Source of the DNA: Thainema sp.
GTDB lineage: Bacteria; Cyanobacteriota; Cyanobacteriia; Phormidesmidales; Phormidesmidaceae
Length of the DNA: 64,000 nucleotides
NCBI GenBank assembly: GCA_052168235.1
Contig: JBQLZK010000005.1
Span: 1 to 64,000 of the forward strand
Direction: 5' to 3'
The notes beneath the pieces were generated by a model that saw only the letters and a program-made list of their open reading frames with translations, was not told the DNA's origin and made no database searches. This document shows positions 39,947-50,956 of this stretch, one piece after another; position 1 is the first letter of the stretch, and each line of letters begins with the position of its first letter. The translations under genes and the position numbers were made by a program.

Positions 39947-40813
39947 CTAAGGCTCAGCATTCGCAACAGAAACATCCTGCGATAGTTTCAACTGGCTGTA
40001 AAGCTGAAAGGCAGTGCGCCAGACGAGATAGCCCTGTTCGTTCAGGTGTAGGCCATCGGTGCTGAGAGTGGGTTTTAGATAGCCATCACTGCCAACAAAT
40101 AGGGGATAGAGATTGAGAAATTCAATTTCGTGTTCAGCCGCGATCGCAGCTAACTGTTCATTCACCGCTTCAATTCGATCATTGGGCAAAGCAGCGAGTT
40201 TTGCTTTGCCTTCCCAACTGGCGGTTTCGCCTTGGTGGGGCAGGATTGACTGAAGAATGATTGGCGTATCGGGGTGTGTCCAGTTAAGGTAGCGGACAAT
40301 CTTGCGAATATTGCGAACCACCTGATCGGGGTCTTGGCCCTGAATCAAATCGTTGATGCCAATCATCAGCACAATGACAGCGGGATCGGTTTGGTCAAGG
40401 AAGTGAACGCGATCGAGTACGCCTTCACTAGTGTCACCGGAAATGCCTTGATTCAACCAGGTATAGCCATCGGGGAGTAAATCGGGCGGAAACCAGAGGC
40501 TAATTGAGTCGCCCAGCAAAATAGCGAGATTTTCAGGCTGCTGCTCTTGCATAGCAATGGCTTCTTGCCGCAGCAGATCCGTCCACTGGTCATAGTCCAA
40601 ATAATGCCTTGGCCCAAGCTGGGGAACAATACTAGATAACGTGGCCGATGGATCAGCGTTTTCCTCAGCGGTGGAGAGCGATGCGATCGCAGTTTCTGGC
40701 TGGGAAGCCTGCCGAATTTGGCGCGGCAGCAAGCCAGCAATGCCAGCAAAGCACAGCCCGCTGAGGATGAGCATCAATCGAATGAGTTGAGTTTGCCAAC
40801 CTGAGTTAGACAC
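39947..40813 (-). CDS. GDSL/SGNH hydrolase
   Basis: LLGDSIS, NQGISGD, GIND, DGLH blocks; N-terminal TM. Confidence 0.92.
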   Translation of the reverse strand: MSNSGWQTQLIRLMLILSGLCFAGIAGLLPRQIRQASQPETAIASLSTAEENADPSATLSSIVPQLGPRHYLDYDQWTDLLRQEAIAMQEQQPENLAILLGDSISLWFPPDLLPDGYTWLNQGISGDTSEGVLDRVHFLDQTDPAVIVLMIGINDLIQGQDPDQVVRNIRKIVRYLNWTHPDTPIILQSILPHQGETASWEGKAKLAALPNDRIEAVNEQLAAIAAEHEIEFLNLYPLFVGSDGYLKPTLSTDGLHLNEQGYLVWRTAFQLYSQLKLSQDVSVANAEP

Positions 40814-41271
40814 ACGCAGCTATCCATATTGAGAGGATTGGCTCAGATTTTATAGCAAACTTCTCCGGTTGGCATGGCCTTGTAACGGTAATCAAACCTT
40901 GAGAGAAATCTATCCCAAAAGATGTTTGGTTATAAGTTACAAGTATCAGTGAGTTTGAGTACATGGATTCATGACTTCTGCCATATTTTTTGTTAGCCCA
41001 CAAATAGGATTGGGTACTCTACGTCTATCCAACCAAAGGCAGAAAAAAGGCGGGAAGTAAATACGTAATCGAACATCCTTATTACATATTTACGTAATTT
41101 CCAGGTAACTTCATCGTTGCAGCTGTTTGCTTGGCTCCGTTACTTGAGCGGCTGAATAACCGTCCTAATACCTGTCATATGCAATCCGGTTTGAGAAGCG
41201 GATTCGGCATTGTGCGTTCTCTGTTTAAGGTTTACTCCACGATTACCCTGTCGCTATTCCCCGGTTAAGCT

Positions 41272-42288
41272 ATGCAGTTGCGCTTTAAATCAATCACCAC
41301 AAGTTTTCTCCTGGCCGTTCTGACATTTACGCTGACCCTCAGCTGTAGTCGATCTGATCCAAATCTCACCCAAACTTCCACTGAACCATCATCTACAGAT
41401 AATTTTCGAGTCGCCATGATCACCAGTGGCGCGCAAGATGACGGCAGTTGGAGTGAGTCAGGTTACAACGGCTTACAGATGATCAAAGAAGAATTTAACG
41501 CCGCAGTTGACTTCAAAGGCGAAATTAGTGATGCCGATGCAGAGCCGTTGCTTCGGCAGTATGCAGAAGAAGGCTATGACTTCATCATTGCCCACAGTGG
41601 AGGGTACATTGAGCCTACTGAGAAGATTGCGGATGAATTTCCTCGCACCAAGTTTGCGATTGTCACCACCTATCCAGGCAACAACCGCAACTTGGGAGCT
41701 GTAGCTTTCCGATCTGGCGAAGTTGGTTATCTGTCTGGTGTTTTAGCAGCAATGACCACGCAGACGAACAAGGTGGCCTATATTGTCGGTGCCGACTATC
41801 CCGTTTATGTAGAAGAAGCACAGCTTTTCCGTAAAGGCGCATTGGCGACAAATCCCAATCTGGAAGTAGCAACGGAATTTCTGCAAACCTGGACAGATGG
41901 CGAAATTGGCAAAGAGGTCGCGCTGGGATTAGCTGACCAAGGCTATGACGTGTTTGCGATTAACGCTGATGAAGCTGGGGTCGGGGCAATCAAAGCGGTT
42001 ACTCAGCGGGATGGAACTCGCGTAATTGGCTGGACAACGGATCAGTACGAACTGGCTCCCGATCGCGTCATTACGAGCATGCTGCAGGATATTCCCAAGC
42101 TGGTCTTTAATTCAGCCGATTTGATGCAGCAGGGACGCTGGGAAGGCAAGCTGTACAAATTTGGGCTCAAGGAAGGCATTTATGATATTGCTCCATTCCG
42201 GGGTTCGCTCACTCCAGAACAGGAAGCAACCTTCAACGATATTCGTGAGCAGGTCATGACCGGAGAAATCGATATTTCGCCCAACTAA
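41272..42288 (+). CDS. BMP family (PnrA/Med-like) solute-binding lipoprotein
   Basis: Lipobox LSC; DGSWSESGYNG, AEEGYDFIIAH, GYLSGVLAAMTTQTNKV motifs. Confidence 0.85.
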   Translation: MQLRFKSITTSFLLAVLTFTLTLSCSRSDPNLTQTSTEPSSTDNFRVAMITSGAQDDGSWSESGYNGLQMIKEEFNAAVDFKGEISDADAEPLLRQYAEEGYDFIIAHSGGYIEPTEKIADEFPRTKFAIVTTYPGNNRNLGAVAFRSGEVGYLSGVLAAMTTQTNKVAYIVGADYPVYVEEAQLFRKGALATNPNLEVATEFLQTWTDGEIGKEVALGLADQGYDVFAINADEAGVGAIKAVTQRDGTRVIGWTTDQYELAPDRVITSMLQDIPKLVFNSADLMQQGRWEGKLYKFGLKEGIYDIAPFRGSLTPEQEATFNDIREQVMTGEIDISPN

Positions 42289-42301
42289 GCCGAACCCTGT
42301 T

Positions 42302-44935
42302 ATGAATCAGTCAACTAAATTCAAATTCACACCGCTCAAAGTAGCGAACGGCTGGCAGCGGTTCCGCTCAATTAGCAATCAGATTCGGTTGGGGCTGATG
42401 GGTATGGTGCTACTGAGCGTCATTCCAATTGGCAGTATCCTCATCTACTTGAGCTTTCAGGATTATGCAGACCAGCTGGTCATGCTGCAAGAAGAACGTA
42501 GTGAACTAGCGGCGGGCAAAATCGAAAACTACCTGGATGATCTCCAGCGCAAGCTGAACTATCTGGCGCGCGTGCCGGGTTTAACCAACTTTGATCCGGC
42601 ACAACAGCAGCAGATCCTGGAAGGATTAGCCCGTCATAACGATGCCTATGAACTGATTGCGATCGCAAATAACCAGGGACAGGTCACAACTGCCATTTCA
42701 CCCTACGGTGAAGTAGCAGCAAATAGCATAGCCGATCAACCCCTTTTCCAACGAGCCTTTCGGCAGCAGGAAGAATATGTTGATCCGGTGCAAATCGATC
42801 CTGAGACGAATATTCCAATGGTGATGCTAGCGGTTCCGATCCGCAACGCGGCGGATCGAGTTGATGGCGTTCTATTTGCCAAGATCAATCTCAATTTTCT
42901 CTGGTACGTGGTGTCTCAAACGGAGGTGGGTGAAACGGGTTCGGTCTACATTATGGATGAGCGCAGCTACATTGTTGCTCAAACCGGAGCTAATGCTGAA
43001 ACCTTTAAGTTAGAAGATATGGGCCGTTCTGCTTGGGCAGAGGCTCTGGCCGATGTCGAAGAGGGGGAAGTTTATCGCTATCGGGGACTCAAGGGCAAAC
43101 CTGTTTTAGGTGCTGTCAGTCCCGTTCCCAGCGTCAGCTGGCATGTGGTGGTAGAACTGCCGACGCGGGAAGCCTACGCGCCGCTGTATCAGATGTTGAG
43201 CATCCTGATTGGTTCGGCGATCCTGCTGCTGCTAGTTGCGATCGCAGCCGGGCTGGTGCTGGAGCGGCGGATTACGTTGCCCCTGCGGCGGTTGACCGAT
43301 GCGGCCATTGACATGAGTCAAGGTAACTACGACAGCCAGGTCAATGTGCGATCGCGCAATGAATTTGGCCTATTGGCCCAGGCGTTTAATCAAATGGCCC
43401 AGCAGGTTAAGCAAGCCTTCAATGTCCTAGAACAGGCCAATGAAGAACTTGAGCAGCGGGTGGCCGAGCGGACGGCAGAACTGCGATCGGCCAAAGAAGC
43501 CGCCGATACCGCCAACCATGCCAAGAGCGAATTCTTAGCTAACATGAACCACGAGTTACGTACACCGCTGAACGGCATTCTAGGCTATGCCCAAATTCTA
43601 GAGCGCGATCCAGCCATAACGCCGAAGCAATTAAAAGGGGTGGAAGTGATTCGTCAGTGTGGGGCCCACCTGCTGACGCTGATCAATGACATTTTGGATC
43701 TGTCCAAGATTGAAGCGCGCAAGATGGAACTCTATCCCCAGGATTTCCACTTGCCGAATTTCCTCATGGGCACGGCTGAAATTTGCCATGTCAAAGCCAA
43801 GCAGAAGGGGATTGCATTTGAATATGCTGAGCCGAGCCATCTGCCCACCGCTGTTCATGCAGACGATAAACGGCTGCGGCAGGTGCTGCTCAATTTGCTG
43901 AGTAATGCGATTAAGTTTACCGATACGGGCACCGTTACGTTTCGAGTCGATCCGAGTCCAGCGGATTCACTGGCCTCCAACACTGCTGCCGAAGAGGCTT
44001 CAGTCTGTCGCTTACGCTTTACGGTGCAGGATACGGGCATCGGTATTGCCCCCGAACGCATACAGCGTGTGTTTCATGCTTTTGAGCAAGCCGGAGATCG
44101 CGATCGCAATGCAGAAGGGACGGGGCTCGGCTTAGCGATTAGTCAACAAATTATCCAAATGATGGGCGGTGAAATCGTCGTCACGAGTGAACTGGGGCGG
44201 GGGAGTACATTCTCATTTGAGATTGTCTTACCCCTAGCCAAAGATTGGGTAGACATGGCTCCTGCCGATCAGAAGCCCAAGGTCATTGGCTATCGCGGCC
44301 AGCCTTACACAATTCTGGCTGTGGACGATCATGCCGAAAATCGCTCTGTCTTGGTGAATATGCTGGAGCCGCTCGGCTTTGACCTGATCGAAGCCGAAGA
44401 TGGACAGGGGGGCTATGAGCTAGCCTGTCAAATGCAGCCGGACTTGATTATTACCGACGTGATCATGCCGCGGATGACCGGGTTAGAAATGACGCAAAAG
44501 CTGCGGCTGCGGCCCGAATTCGCCAGTATCCCCATCATTGCCTCACCCGCTAGTCTGTCCCATGTTGAGCAGCAGGAAAGTTTGGATGCGGGCTGTAGCA
44601 GCTTTTTTCCTAAGCCAATTGAGTTTGATGCCCTACTCCAGCAGCTGGAAACATTCCTCAATCTGGAATGGGTCTATGAAGGCGATCCAGAGGCTGAAAC
44701 GGTCTTTTTTGACTTGACGGCATCCACCAGTCCAGAGCTGAAAGTTCCTCCAGCGGCAGAGCTGGCTGCTCTCTACGAAGCTGCGCAGGGCGGATTTATG
44801 GCCGAAATTCAGCAAGAAGCAAACCGATTGAAAGCACTCGCGCCTGAATATGAAGCATTTGCCAATCGGCTGCTGGAACTGGCCCAAGATTTTGAGGATG
44901 AGGCCATCCTCCACCTAGTAGAACAGTACGTTTAA
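42302..44935 (+). CDS. Hybrid histidine kinase (dCache-HAMP-HisKA-HATPase-REC)
   Basis: [22 protein letters not shown]; receiver [16 protein letters not shown]. Confidence 0.93.
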   Translation: MNQSTKFKFTPLKVANGWQRFRSISNQIRLGLMGMVLLSVIPIGSILIYLSFQDYADQLVMLQEERSELAAGKIENYLDDLQRKLNYLARVPGLTNFDPAQQQQILEGLARHNDAYELIAIANNQGQVTTAISPYGEVAANSIADQPLFQRAFRQQEEYVDPVQIDPETNIPMVMLAVPIRNAADRVDGVLFAKINLNFLWYVVSQTEVGETGSVYIMDERSYIVAQTGANAETFKLEDMGRSAWAEALADVEEGEVYRYRGLKGKPVLGAVSPVPSVSWHVVVELPTREAYAPLYQMLSILIGSAILLLLVAIAAGLVLERRITLPLRRLTDAAIDMSQGNYDSQVNVRSRNEFGLLAQAFNQMAQQVKQAFNVLEQANEELEQRVAERTAELRSAKEAADTANHAKSEFLANMNHELRTPLNGILGYAQILERDPAITPKQLKGVEVIRQCGAHLLTLINDILDLSKIEARKMELYPQDFHLPNFLMGTAEICHVKAKQKGIAFEYAEPSHLPTAVHADDKRLRQVLLNLLSNAIKFTDTGTVTFRVDPSPADSLASNTAAEEASVCRLRFTVQDTGIGIAPERIQRVFHAFEQAGDRDRNAEGTGLGLAISQQIIQMMGGEIVVTSELGRGSTFSFEIVLPLAKDWVDMAPADQKPKVIGYRGQPYTILAVDDHAENRSVLVNMLEPLGFDLIEAEDGQGGYELACQMQPDLIITDVIMPRMTGLEMTQKLRLRPEFASIPIIASPASLSHVEQQESLDAGCSSFFPKPIEFDALLQQLETFLNLEWVYEGDPEAETVFFDLTASTSPELKVPPAAELAALYEAAQGGFMAEIQQEANRLKALAPEYEAFANRLLELAQDFEDEAILHLVEQYV

Positions 44936-44958
44936 GAATATGTCTGAGGGACAGATTG

Positions 44959-46374
44959 ATGTATAACAAATCCCATCTCATCCAACCTACATCAGCGGAG
45001 CATCAATTAGAAACATCGTCTCCGACCCAGGAACTGTCTGCACGGGGCACCATCTTGGTGGTGGATGATAATCCTACGAATATTCAGGTGCTGTTCGATC
45101 TGTTGAACGAGTCGAACTATCGAGTTGCGATCGCAAAAAGCGGTGAAATTGCCCTCAAGCGACTCCAGGGAAATTTACCGGATTTGATCTTGCTGGACGT
45201 GATGATGCCCGGTATTGACGGGTTTGAAACCTGCCGTCGTCTAAAAGCTTCGGATATCACCAAAGACATCCCGGTAATTTTCATGACGGCCTTGTCCGAT
45301 ACGGTTGATAAGGTAAAAGGGCTCAAGTTGGGCGCGGTAGACTACATCACCAAGCCGATCCAGCACGAAGAGGTGCTGGCTCGCATCGATGTTCATCTCC
45401 AGTTACATCAGTTGAATCAGACGTTAGAACAGCGCGTGTGCGATCGGACTGCCGAACTCAGTCACGCCCTAGAGGAACTCCAGCAAACGCAGTTACACCT
45501 GGTGCAGAGCGAGAAAATGTCATCTCTGGGTCAACTTGTGGCCGGTGTCGCTCATGAAATCAATAATCCCGTTAATTTCATCTACGGCAACCTGTTGCCT
45601 GCTGAAAACTACGTCACCGATCTGCTCGAACTAATCCAGCAGTATCAGACCTATGTTCCCAATACGCCTACCCCAGTACAGGACTGCATTGAAGAAATTG
45701 ATCTTGACTTTATTCAAGCGGACTTGCCGCGTTTGCTATCGTCGATGAAGCTGGGTGCCGACCGCATTCGCCAAATTGTGTTGTCGCTTCGTAACTTTTC
45801 CCGCTTAGACGAAGCTGAAATCAAAGCGGTCGATATCCATGAAGGTATCAATAGCACACTGCTGATTCTGCAACATCGGCTCAAGACCATGCATCCAGTC
45901 TATTCTCACATTGAAATCGTGAAGGAATATGGTGCAATCCCGGTCGTTGAATGCTACGCCAGTCAGCTCAACCAGGTATTTATGAATATCTTGGCCAATG
46001 CAGTTGATGCAATTGACGAGACACTGAACCAGCCAGCGGAACAGTCTTGTTTCTCAAGCCAGCGCCGACCTACCATTCGCATCCAGACGCAGCAAGATGG
46101 GGGCATCGTCGTAATTCGGATTCGTGACAATGGTTCTGGTATTCCTGAATCGATTCAAGCCAAAATCTTTGATACGTTTTTTACAACCAAATCTATTGGC
46201 AAAGGCACTGGGTTGGGTCTATCTATTAGCCACCAAATCGTGACTGAACGGCATGGCGGACAGTTGTTGTGCCAGTCTTCCCCTGAGCAGGGCACCGAAT
46301 TCACGATTTGCATTCCGATTCATCAACAGACTAATAAAAGATCCGTTGAAGCAGCAGAACTCTCTCATCTGTGA
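44959..46374 (+). CDS. REC-HisKA-HATPase hybrid kinase
   Basis: ILVVDD, LLDVMMPGIDG, QSEKMSSLGQLVAGVAHEINNP, FFTTK..GTGLGL. Confidence 0.93.
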   Translation: MYNKSHLIQPTSAEHQLETSSPTQELSARGTILVVDDNPTNIQVLFDLLNESNYRVAIAKSGEIALKRLQGNLPDLILLDVMMPGIDGFETCRRLKASDITKDIPVIFMTALSDTVDKVKGLKLGAVDYITKPIQHEEVLARIDVHLQLHQLNQTLEQRVCDRTAELSHALEELQQTQLHLVQSEKMSSLGQLVAGVAHEINNPVNFIYGNLLPAENYVTDLLELIQQYQTYVPNTPTPVQDCIEEIDLDFIQADLPRLLSSMKLGADRIRQIVLSLRNFSRLDEAEIKAVDIHEGINSTLLILQHRLKTMHPVYSHIEIVKEYGAIPVVECYASQLNQVFMNILANAVDAIDETLNQPAEQSCFSSQRRPTIRIQTQQDGGIVVIRIRDNGSGIPESIQAKIFDTFFTTKSIGKGTGLGLSISHQIVTERHGGQLLCQSSPEQGTEFTICIPIHQQTNKRSVEAAELSHL

Positions 46375-46461
46375 CCTCATAAACCTGGCAATCCAAAGAG
46401 ATCCTGCTAAGCTTTACCGTATCCGACTTCGTTATTAAGTTTGATTAAGTTTGTCGCCGGG

Positions 46462-47991
46462 CTATGGCTGCTGCTGTTGGCGTTGAATTGTGCGCCGCAC
46501 GGTTTGAGAACGCTGTAATACCTCAGTAAGTTCATCTAAATCCGTGTGTTTAATCGAGTCCGCTTCATGAATTTCGGCCTGCAAATCAGCCACTTGATCG
46601 GCTAGGCTCTGCTGCCGACTTGTTACCACCAGCGCCATGTCCTCAAACAGCTCAGCTAAAAGGCCTAACTCATCTGGACGCTGGGCAATATCATTTAGCT
46701 CTCCGCGCTGATAGCGGTCTTGCTTTATTTCAGAGGCAGCTTCATTCAGCCGTCGAATAGGGCGCACAATCCAGAGAGACAGCAAAATCCCTAGTAAAGT
46801 TGCGCCTGCTGTAATACTGCCACCGACAAGCAGCGTATGCTGAACCGTCTTATCAACGTGATGCATGAGTTCAGAGCGAGGCACAACTGTCACGACCCAC
46901 CAATTCAGCCCAGCCCGGTCTTGCCAAGGAAAGGCTGATACATAGTGCTGTTTACCTTCTACGATGAAACGATGGACTCGATTCGATGACAGCAAACCAA
47001 CATCCGTCTCTTCGTTTAAGAAACGCGCCGTTGCCTGAATCACTGGGTCTGCACTGTTCTCTGGCGAAATTGGCACAGCCCTGCCATTCATCAGGTTGTA
47101 GGACTGGGCACTCCCTGAATTTGCAACTAACAACCCATCATTGTCCACAATAAAAATGCGAGTCGATGCCGGTAGCTGGAGATCATTGAGATACTCGCTA
47201 ATTGCGCCGAGCTTCAACTCTACACTGAGCACACCCATCAAACCGCCCGCATTGGTATAGACTGGCTGACTAGCCGAAATGACTAGAATTTCTGGGGCAT
47301 CATCCCACTCATCCCGACTCCAAATTGCTCGTCTAGATTGCTCAGCAGCCCGATAGGATACCTCTGCCTTTGGATCGTAGGCGGCAGTGCCACCTTCCCC
47401 ATTTGCTTGATACAGCGTGGTTCGCTCGCCCGTTGCGCTGGTGTTGTAGGAGTACAAATTTCCGGGATTATTCTCGCTATCTACAATCTCAATCAGAGCC
47501 GCATCGCGATACATTCCCGATCCGACAAAATCTCCATTGGCTGATGTCCAAGAGAGATAGGGCACGTCAAATGCCTGCATTTGCTGCCAAAAATAGGTGC
47601 CTAACGCATCTAAATCCTGAGCATCGATCAATTCGGACTGCAGGGCTTCGCCGTTAATCTGATTGAGCTGCTGTGGAAGTTGTAGATAATTGGTCAGCCG
47701 CGATTCAATATTGCTTTTGGTAGAACGCTGGAGCTGCTGCGCTAGATCACTGACCGCCCGTTGACCGTTGCGAAAGGCCAAGAAACCCGTCAGTCCAATA
47801 CCAAAAACAAGGGGCACAATCACCAGCACGGGCAGCGTCCAGCCAATCGACAGTAATCGATTACGAGTATCCCCGGCAGAGGATTGTTTGCCATTCGGGA
47901 GGGATGTTGAAGATAGATCAGGTTCGGATAAACCAGATACGTAGGCTGATCGGGATTGGTCGTCTGTAGCGGACGAGGCAGGCTGTATCAT
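46462..47991 (-). CDS. Cache-HAMP membrane sensor lacking an output domain
   Basis: TM-periplasmic-TM; IVRPIRRL..RPDELGLLAELFEDMA HAMP; then a short coiled coil and stop. Confidence 0.8.
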   Translation of the reverse strand: MIQPASSATDDQSRSAYVSGLSEPDLSSTSLPNGKQSSAGDTRNRLLSIGWTLPVLVIVPLVFGIGLTGFLAFRNGQRAVSDLAQQLQRSTKSNIESRLTNYLQLPQQLNQINGEALQSELIDAQDLDALGTYFWQQMQAFDVPYLSWTSANGDFVGSGMYRDAALIEIVDSENNPGNLYSYNTSATGERTTLYQANGEGGTAAYDPKAEVSYRAAEQSRRAIWSRDEWDDAPEILVISASQPVYTNAGGLMGVLSVELKLGAISEYLNDLQLPASTRIFIVDNDGLLVANSGSAQSYNLMNGRAVPISPENSADPVIQATARFLNEETDVGLLSSNRVHRFIVEGKQHYVSAFPWQDRAGLNWWVVTVVPRSELMHHVDKTVQHTLLVGGSITAGATLLGILLSLWIVRPIRRLNEAASEIKQDRYQRGELNDIAQRPDELGLLAELFEDMALVVTSRQQSLADQVADLQAEIHEADSIKHTDLDELTEVLQRSQTVRRTIQRQQQQP

Positions 47992-48535
47992 TTCAGTTAC
48001 CTGTCGTTGATGATTTGATGGGTGGGTTGACCCAAAACATCCCTGGTTTCATTACTGTATCAAGACTATCCTCTGCCTCGGTCAACTTTGCCGTTAAACT
48101 TTAATTTCTGACTAATCAATCACTGTCATCATCTACAATCGTGCCATTTTGGCCCAAAATAGAGAACAGGGAAGATTGTCAGGCAACGTCATCTAGCAAT
48201 TTCGTTGGAAAGCTGTTGAATCGCTTCTGTGAAAGGTACGTTCCGCCTGCTGTTTCTGAACACGTAAAGAGGGGTTTCGCCAATGGGATCAATTTGATTC
48301 CAGCTTGATCCCGAATGATCCCTAGAGGAGAGGTACAGTGATTGATATCCCTCTATGATTTCAGAGGTTCCCTTGGTCACGCGATTTTTCGCGATCATCA
48401 TAGAGCTGCCGCTCTATCCCTATCCCTGCATTCGAATCTTGCCTTTGCTACGTCGAAACGTAGATTCGCTATTTTGCGAGATGTGAAGTGTAAGATGCGA
48501 GTCAATTTAAGCCAGTCGATTCATCGAGACTATCC

Positions 48536-50554
48536 ATGAGGATTTCAACTTCCGTTTTGGAAGCCTTGCTGCAAAGGCGGCCTGAACTGCGCCCTCAAAT
48601 GTATTTCAAGTCGTCACTCACGGCTTTGTCTCACGCGATGGAAGACCAGGTGTTGGCCAGCACGTCTGAGCAACCTCTGATTATTGCCAGCTTTCAGCGC
48701 GAGCGATTTTATCGTCAAGAAGCTCATCGCTATGAACGAATTGCCAGCGTTACCAATCAGGTTTATGTGCTGGCTGCGCCTGAGACAGAATTTACGAATC
48801 GCTCAGACGAATACGAAACCATTGCGTTTGAACCTGAAGATATGCTGTCTCAAGAGTGGCATCTCGTGGTGGTGGGACAGCAGTATACGGCCTGTTTGAT
48901 TTGCCGGGAGCATTATGGTGGACAGGATTCATCCCCGGAGTTAGAAACCTCGAAGTCGTCACCACTGGCAATGGATCAGGTGCGACGCTTTGATGGAGTA
49001 TGGACGTCTGATCCGGCAACAAGTTATGACGCGGCGGATATTTTACTGGCGCGCATCCAAACATATCGACCGGAATTAAAAGACAAAATTGCGATCGCAC
49101 GTCAGCTCTATCTCACCTCGGAACCCCAACTGCGCGATGTCGATCCCGATCCGTTTGCTCAGCGATTGGTGACGTATCTGCAGGCGGGTCAGTATAAGCT
49201 GCTCAAGGCTTACCGTTCGATTGCTGCCCAGGAACAGCGGGAACGGTTGATTAACTCAATTACCGCTGCGATTCGTCGGTCTCTTGATCCGGACGAAATT
49301 TTTCGAATTGCGGTGACGGAAATGGGGCAGGCGCTAGATGTTTGCCGCTGTATTTTGTATCGCCATAAAGCTGGCACGACGGATACCCAAATTCAGCATG
49401 AACATTTGGGACGGGATGTGCTCTCTTTGAAGGAGCAGGTGTGGCCCTTAGAGGAGAATCCGCTGTTTCAGTATGTGATGAATCATCATGAATCTTTATC
49501 AATCAGTGATACAGCCCAGTCCCAAGCTGATTTGGATGTTGATTTAACAGCGGTTCAGGATCTGATTGAGCAGTGGCAAATTCGATCCTGGTTAATTGTG
49601 CCAATTTTGTATAAAGGGCGTGTTTTAGGAGCCATTGAGCTGCACCACTGTCGGCCTGCTCCATATTCCTGGACAAAAGATGAAGTGACGCTGGTCAATG
49701 CGATCGCAACTCAACTAGGGGTTGCCCTGATTCAGGCAGAATCCTATGCCAATTTGGAGGATTTGAATCAGCAGCTCGAAGCGCTGGATCGCACCCGCAG
49801 TAATCTGATTGCGATTACAGGCCATGAGCTGCGGACACCGCTATCAACCATTCAGGTGTGTCTGGAAAGTTTGGCCACAGAACCCGACATGTCACCCGAG
49901 TTACAGCAGGTGATGCTTAACTCGGCCCTGTCTGATGCGGAACGCATGCGCAAGCTAGTGCAAGACTTTTTGACCCTCTCTCAACTGGAGAGCGGTCGAA
50001 TCGAGTGGCACTTAGAGCCGCTGTCGGTACAAGAATGTATTGATCTGGCGCTGAGCAGCGTACGGGCACGTACGTCCAGAGATGAGATTCCCAAGCTGGA
50101 AGTGGATGTACCCAACAAACTACCGCTGATTCGAGCCGATGGGGAATGGCTAGTGGAAGTGCTGACGAAACTACTTGATAACGCCTGCAAATTCACTAGC
50201 TCAGACGGCGTCATCAGGATCAAGGCAGAGCCCAATGGTGGCAAAATGCTGGAAATCACCGTGGCGGACACGGGGCGGGGAATTGAACCCCAACGACTAG
50301 AGTTTGTATTCGATCGCTTCTATCAAGAAGAGGGGGCATTACGGCGCAGCGCGGGGGGTACAGGTTTAGGACTAGCCATCTGTCGTCAAATTGTTACAGG
50401 ACTCGGCGGCGAGATTTGGGCGGAATCTCCTGGTCGCGATCAGGGCAGCCAGTTCCACTTCACAGTGCCAACGGTTGAACCTAATCCCACAAAATCGACC
50501 TCTAAATCGTCCCGTTCCTCTAAATCCTCCAAAAAGACCAGTTCTCGTAAGTAG
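48536..50554 (+). CDS. DICT-GAF histidine kinase (Hik2-like)
   Basis: YFKSSLTALSHAMED and FQRERFY DICT motifs, GAF, GHELRTPLST, GGTGLGL. Confidence 0.88.
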   Translation: MRISTSVLEALLQRRPELRPQMYFKSSLTALSHAMEDQVLASTSEQPLIIASFQRERFYRQEAHRYERIASVTNQVYVLAAPETEFTNRSDEYETIAFEPEDMLSQEWHLVVVGQQYTACLICREHYGGQDSSPELETSKSSPLAMDQVRRFDGVWTSDPATSYDAADILLARIQTYRPELKDKIAIARQLYLTSEPQLRDVDPDPFAQRLVTYLQAGQYKLLKAYRSIAAQEQRERLINSITAAIRRSLDPDEIFRIAVTEMGQALDVCRCILYRHKAGTTDTQIQHEHLGRDVLSLKEQVWPLEENPLFQYVMNHHESLSISDTAQSQADLDVDLTAVQDLIEQWQIRSWLIVPILYKGRVLGAIELHHCRPAPYSWTKDEVTLVNAIATQLGVALIQAESYANLEDLNQQLEALDRTRSNLIAITGHELRTPLSTIQVCLESLATEPDMSPELQQVMLNSALSDAERMRKLVQDFLTLSQLESGRIEWHLEPLSVQECIDLALSSVRARTSRDEIPKLEVDVPNKLPLIRADGEWLVEVLTKLLDNACKFTSSDGVIRIKAEPNGGKMLEITVADTGRGIEPQRLEFVFDRFYQEEGALRRSAGGTGLGLAICRQIVTGLGGEIWAESPGRDQGSQFHFTVPTVEPNPTKSTSKSSRSSKSSKKTSSRK

Positions 50555-50956
50555 GGACAGACCCTATGCAACCTAAATTCTGCATCTCCAAGTTAGGCAC
50601 TCCCCGACTTGGAGCAGGTTGTCCTCACGATCAATATCTCAATAGCATGACTTGGGTTGAGTTTATTTATGTCGGTCTACTAACGTCATATAAACTACTT
50701 CGATATAATATGTAAGGGTGTTTTGTAACACTGCGCAGATCAAGGCGCAAATCATCAGTTATCCATCTATCGCTCAGCGGCAGAAAGGCAGGTAGCCAGA
50801 AGCATCACAGTTTAACAAGTCATATTCTGCGTCAGTACTGTGTTCATCTAAAGCATCTTTTAGAACACGCTCTGCTGAAATATGCCACGATATCCAAACC
50901 GCTCGCAACTTGTATCTGATGATGACTCTGCTCGTCGATTGAGCACTGATAGGGTG

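Noticed and set aside
41100..41271. Possible purine or guanidine riboswitch before the BMP gene
   Set aside because: No recognisable consensus elements by eye; an Rfam scan would be needed
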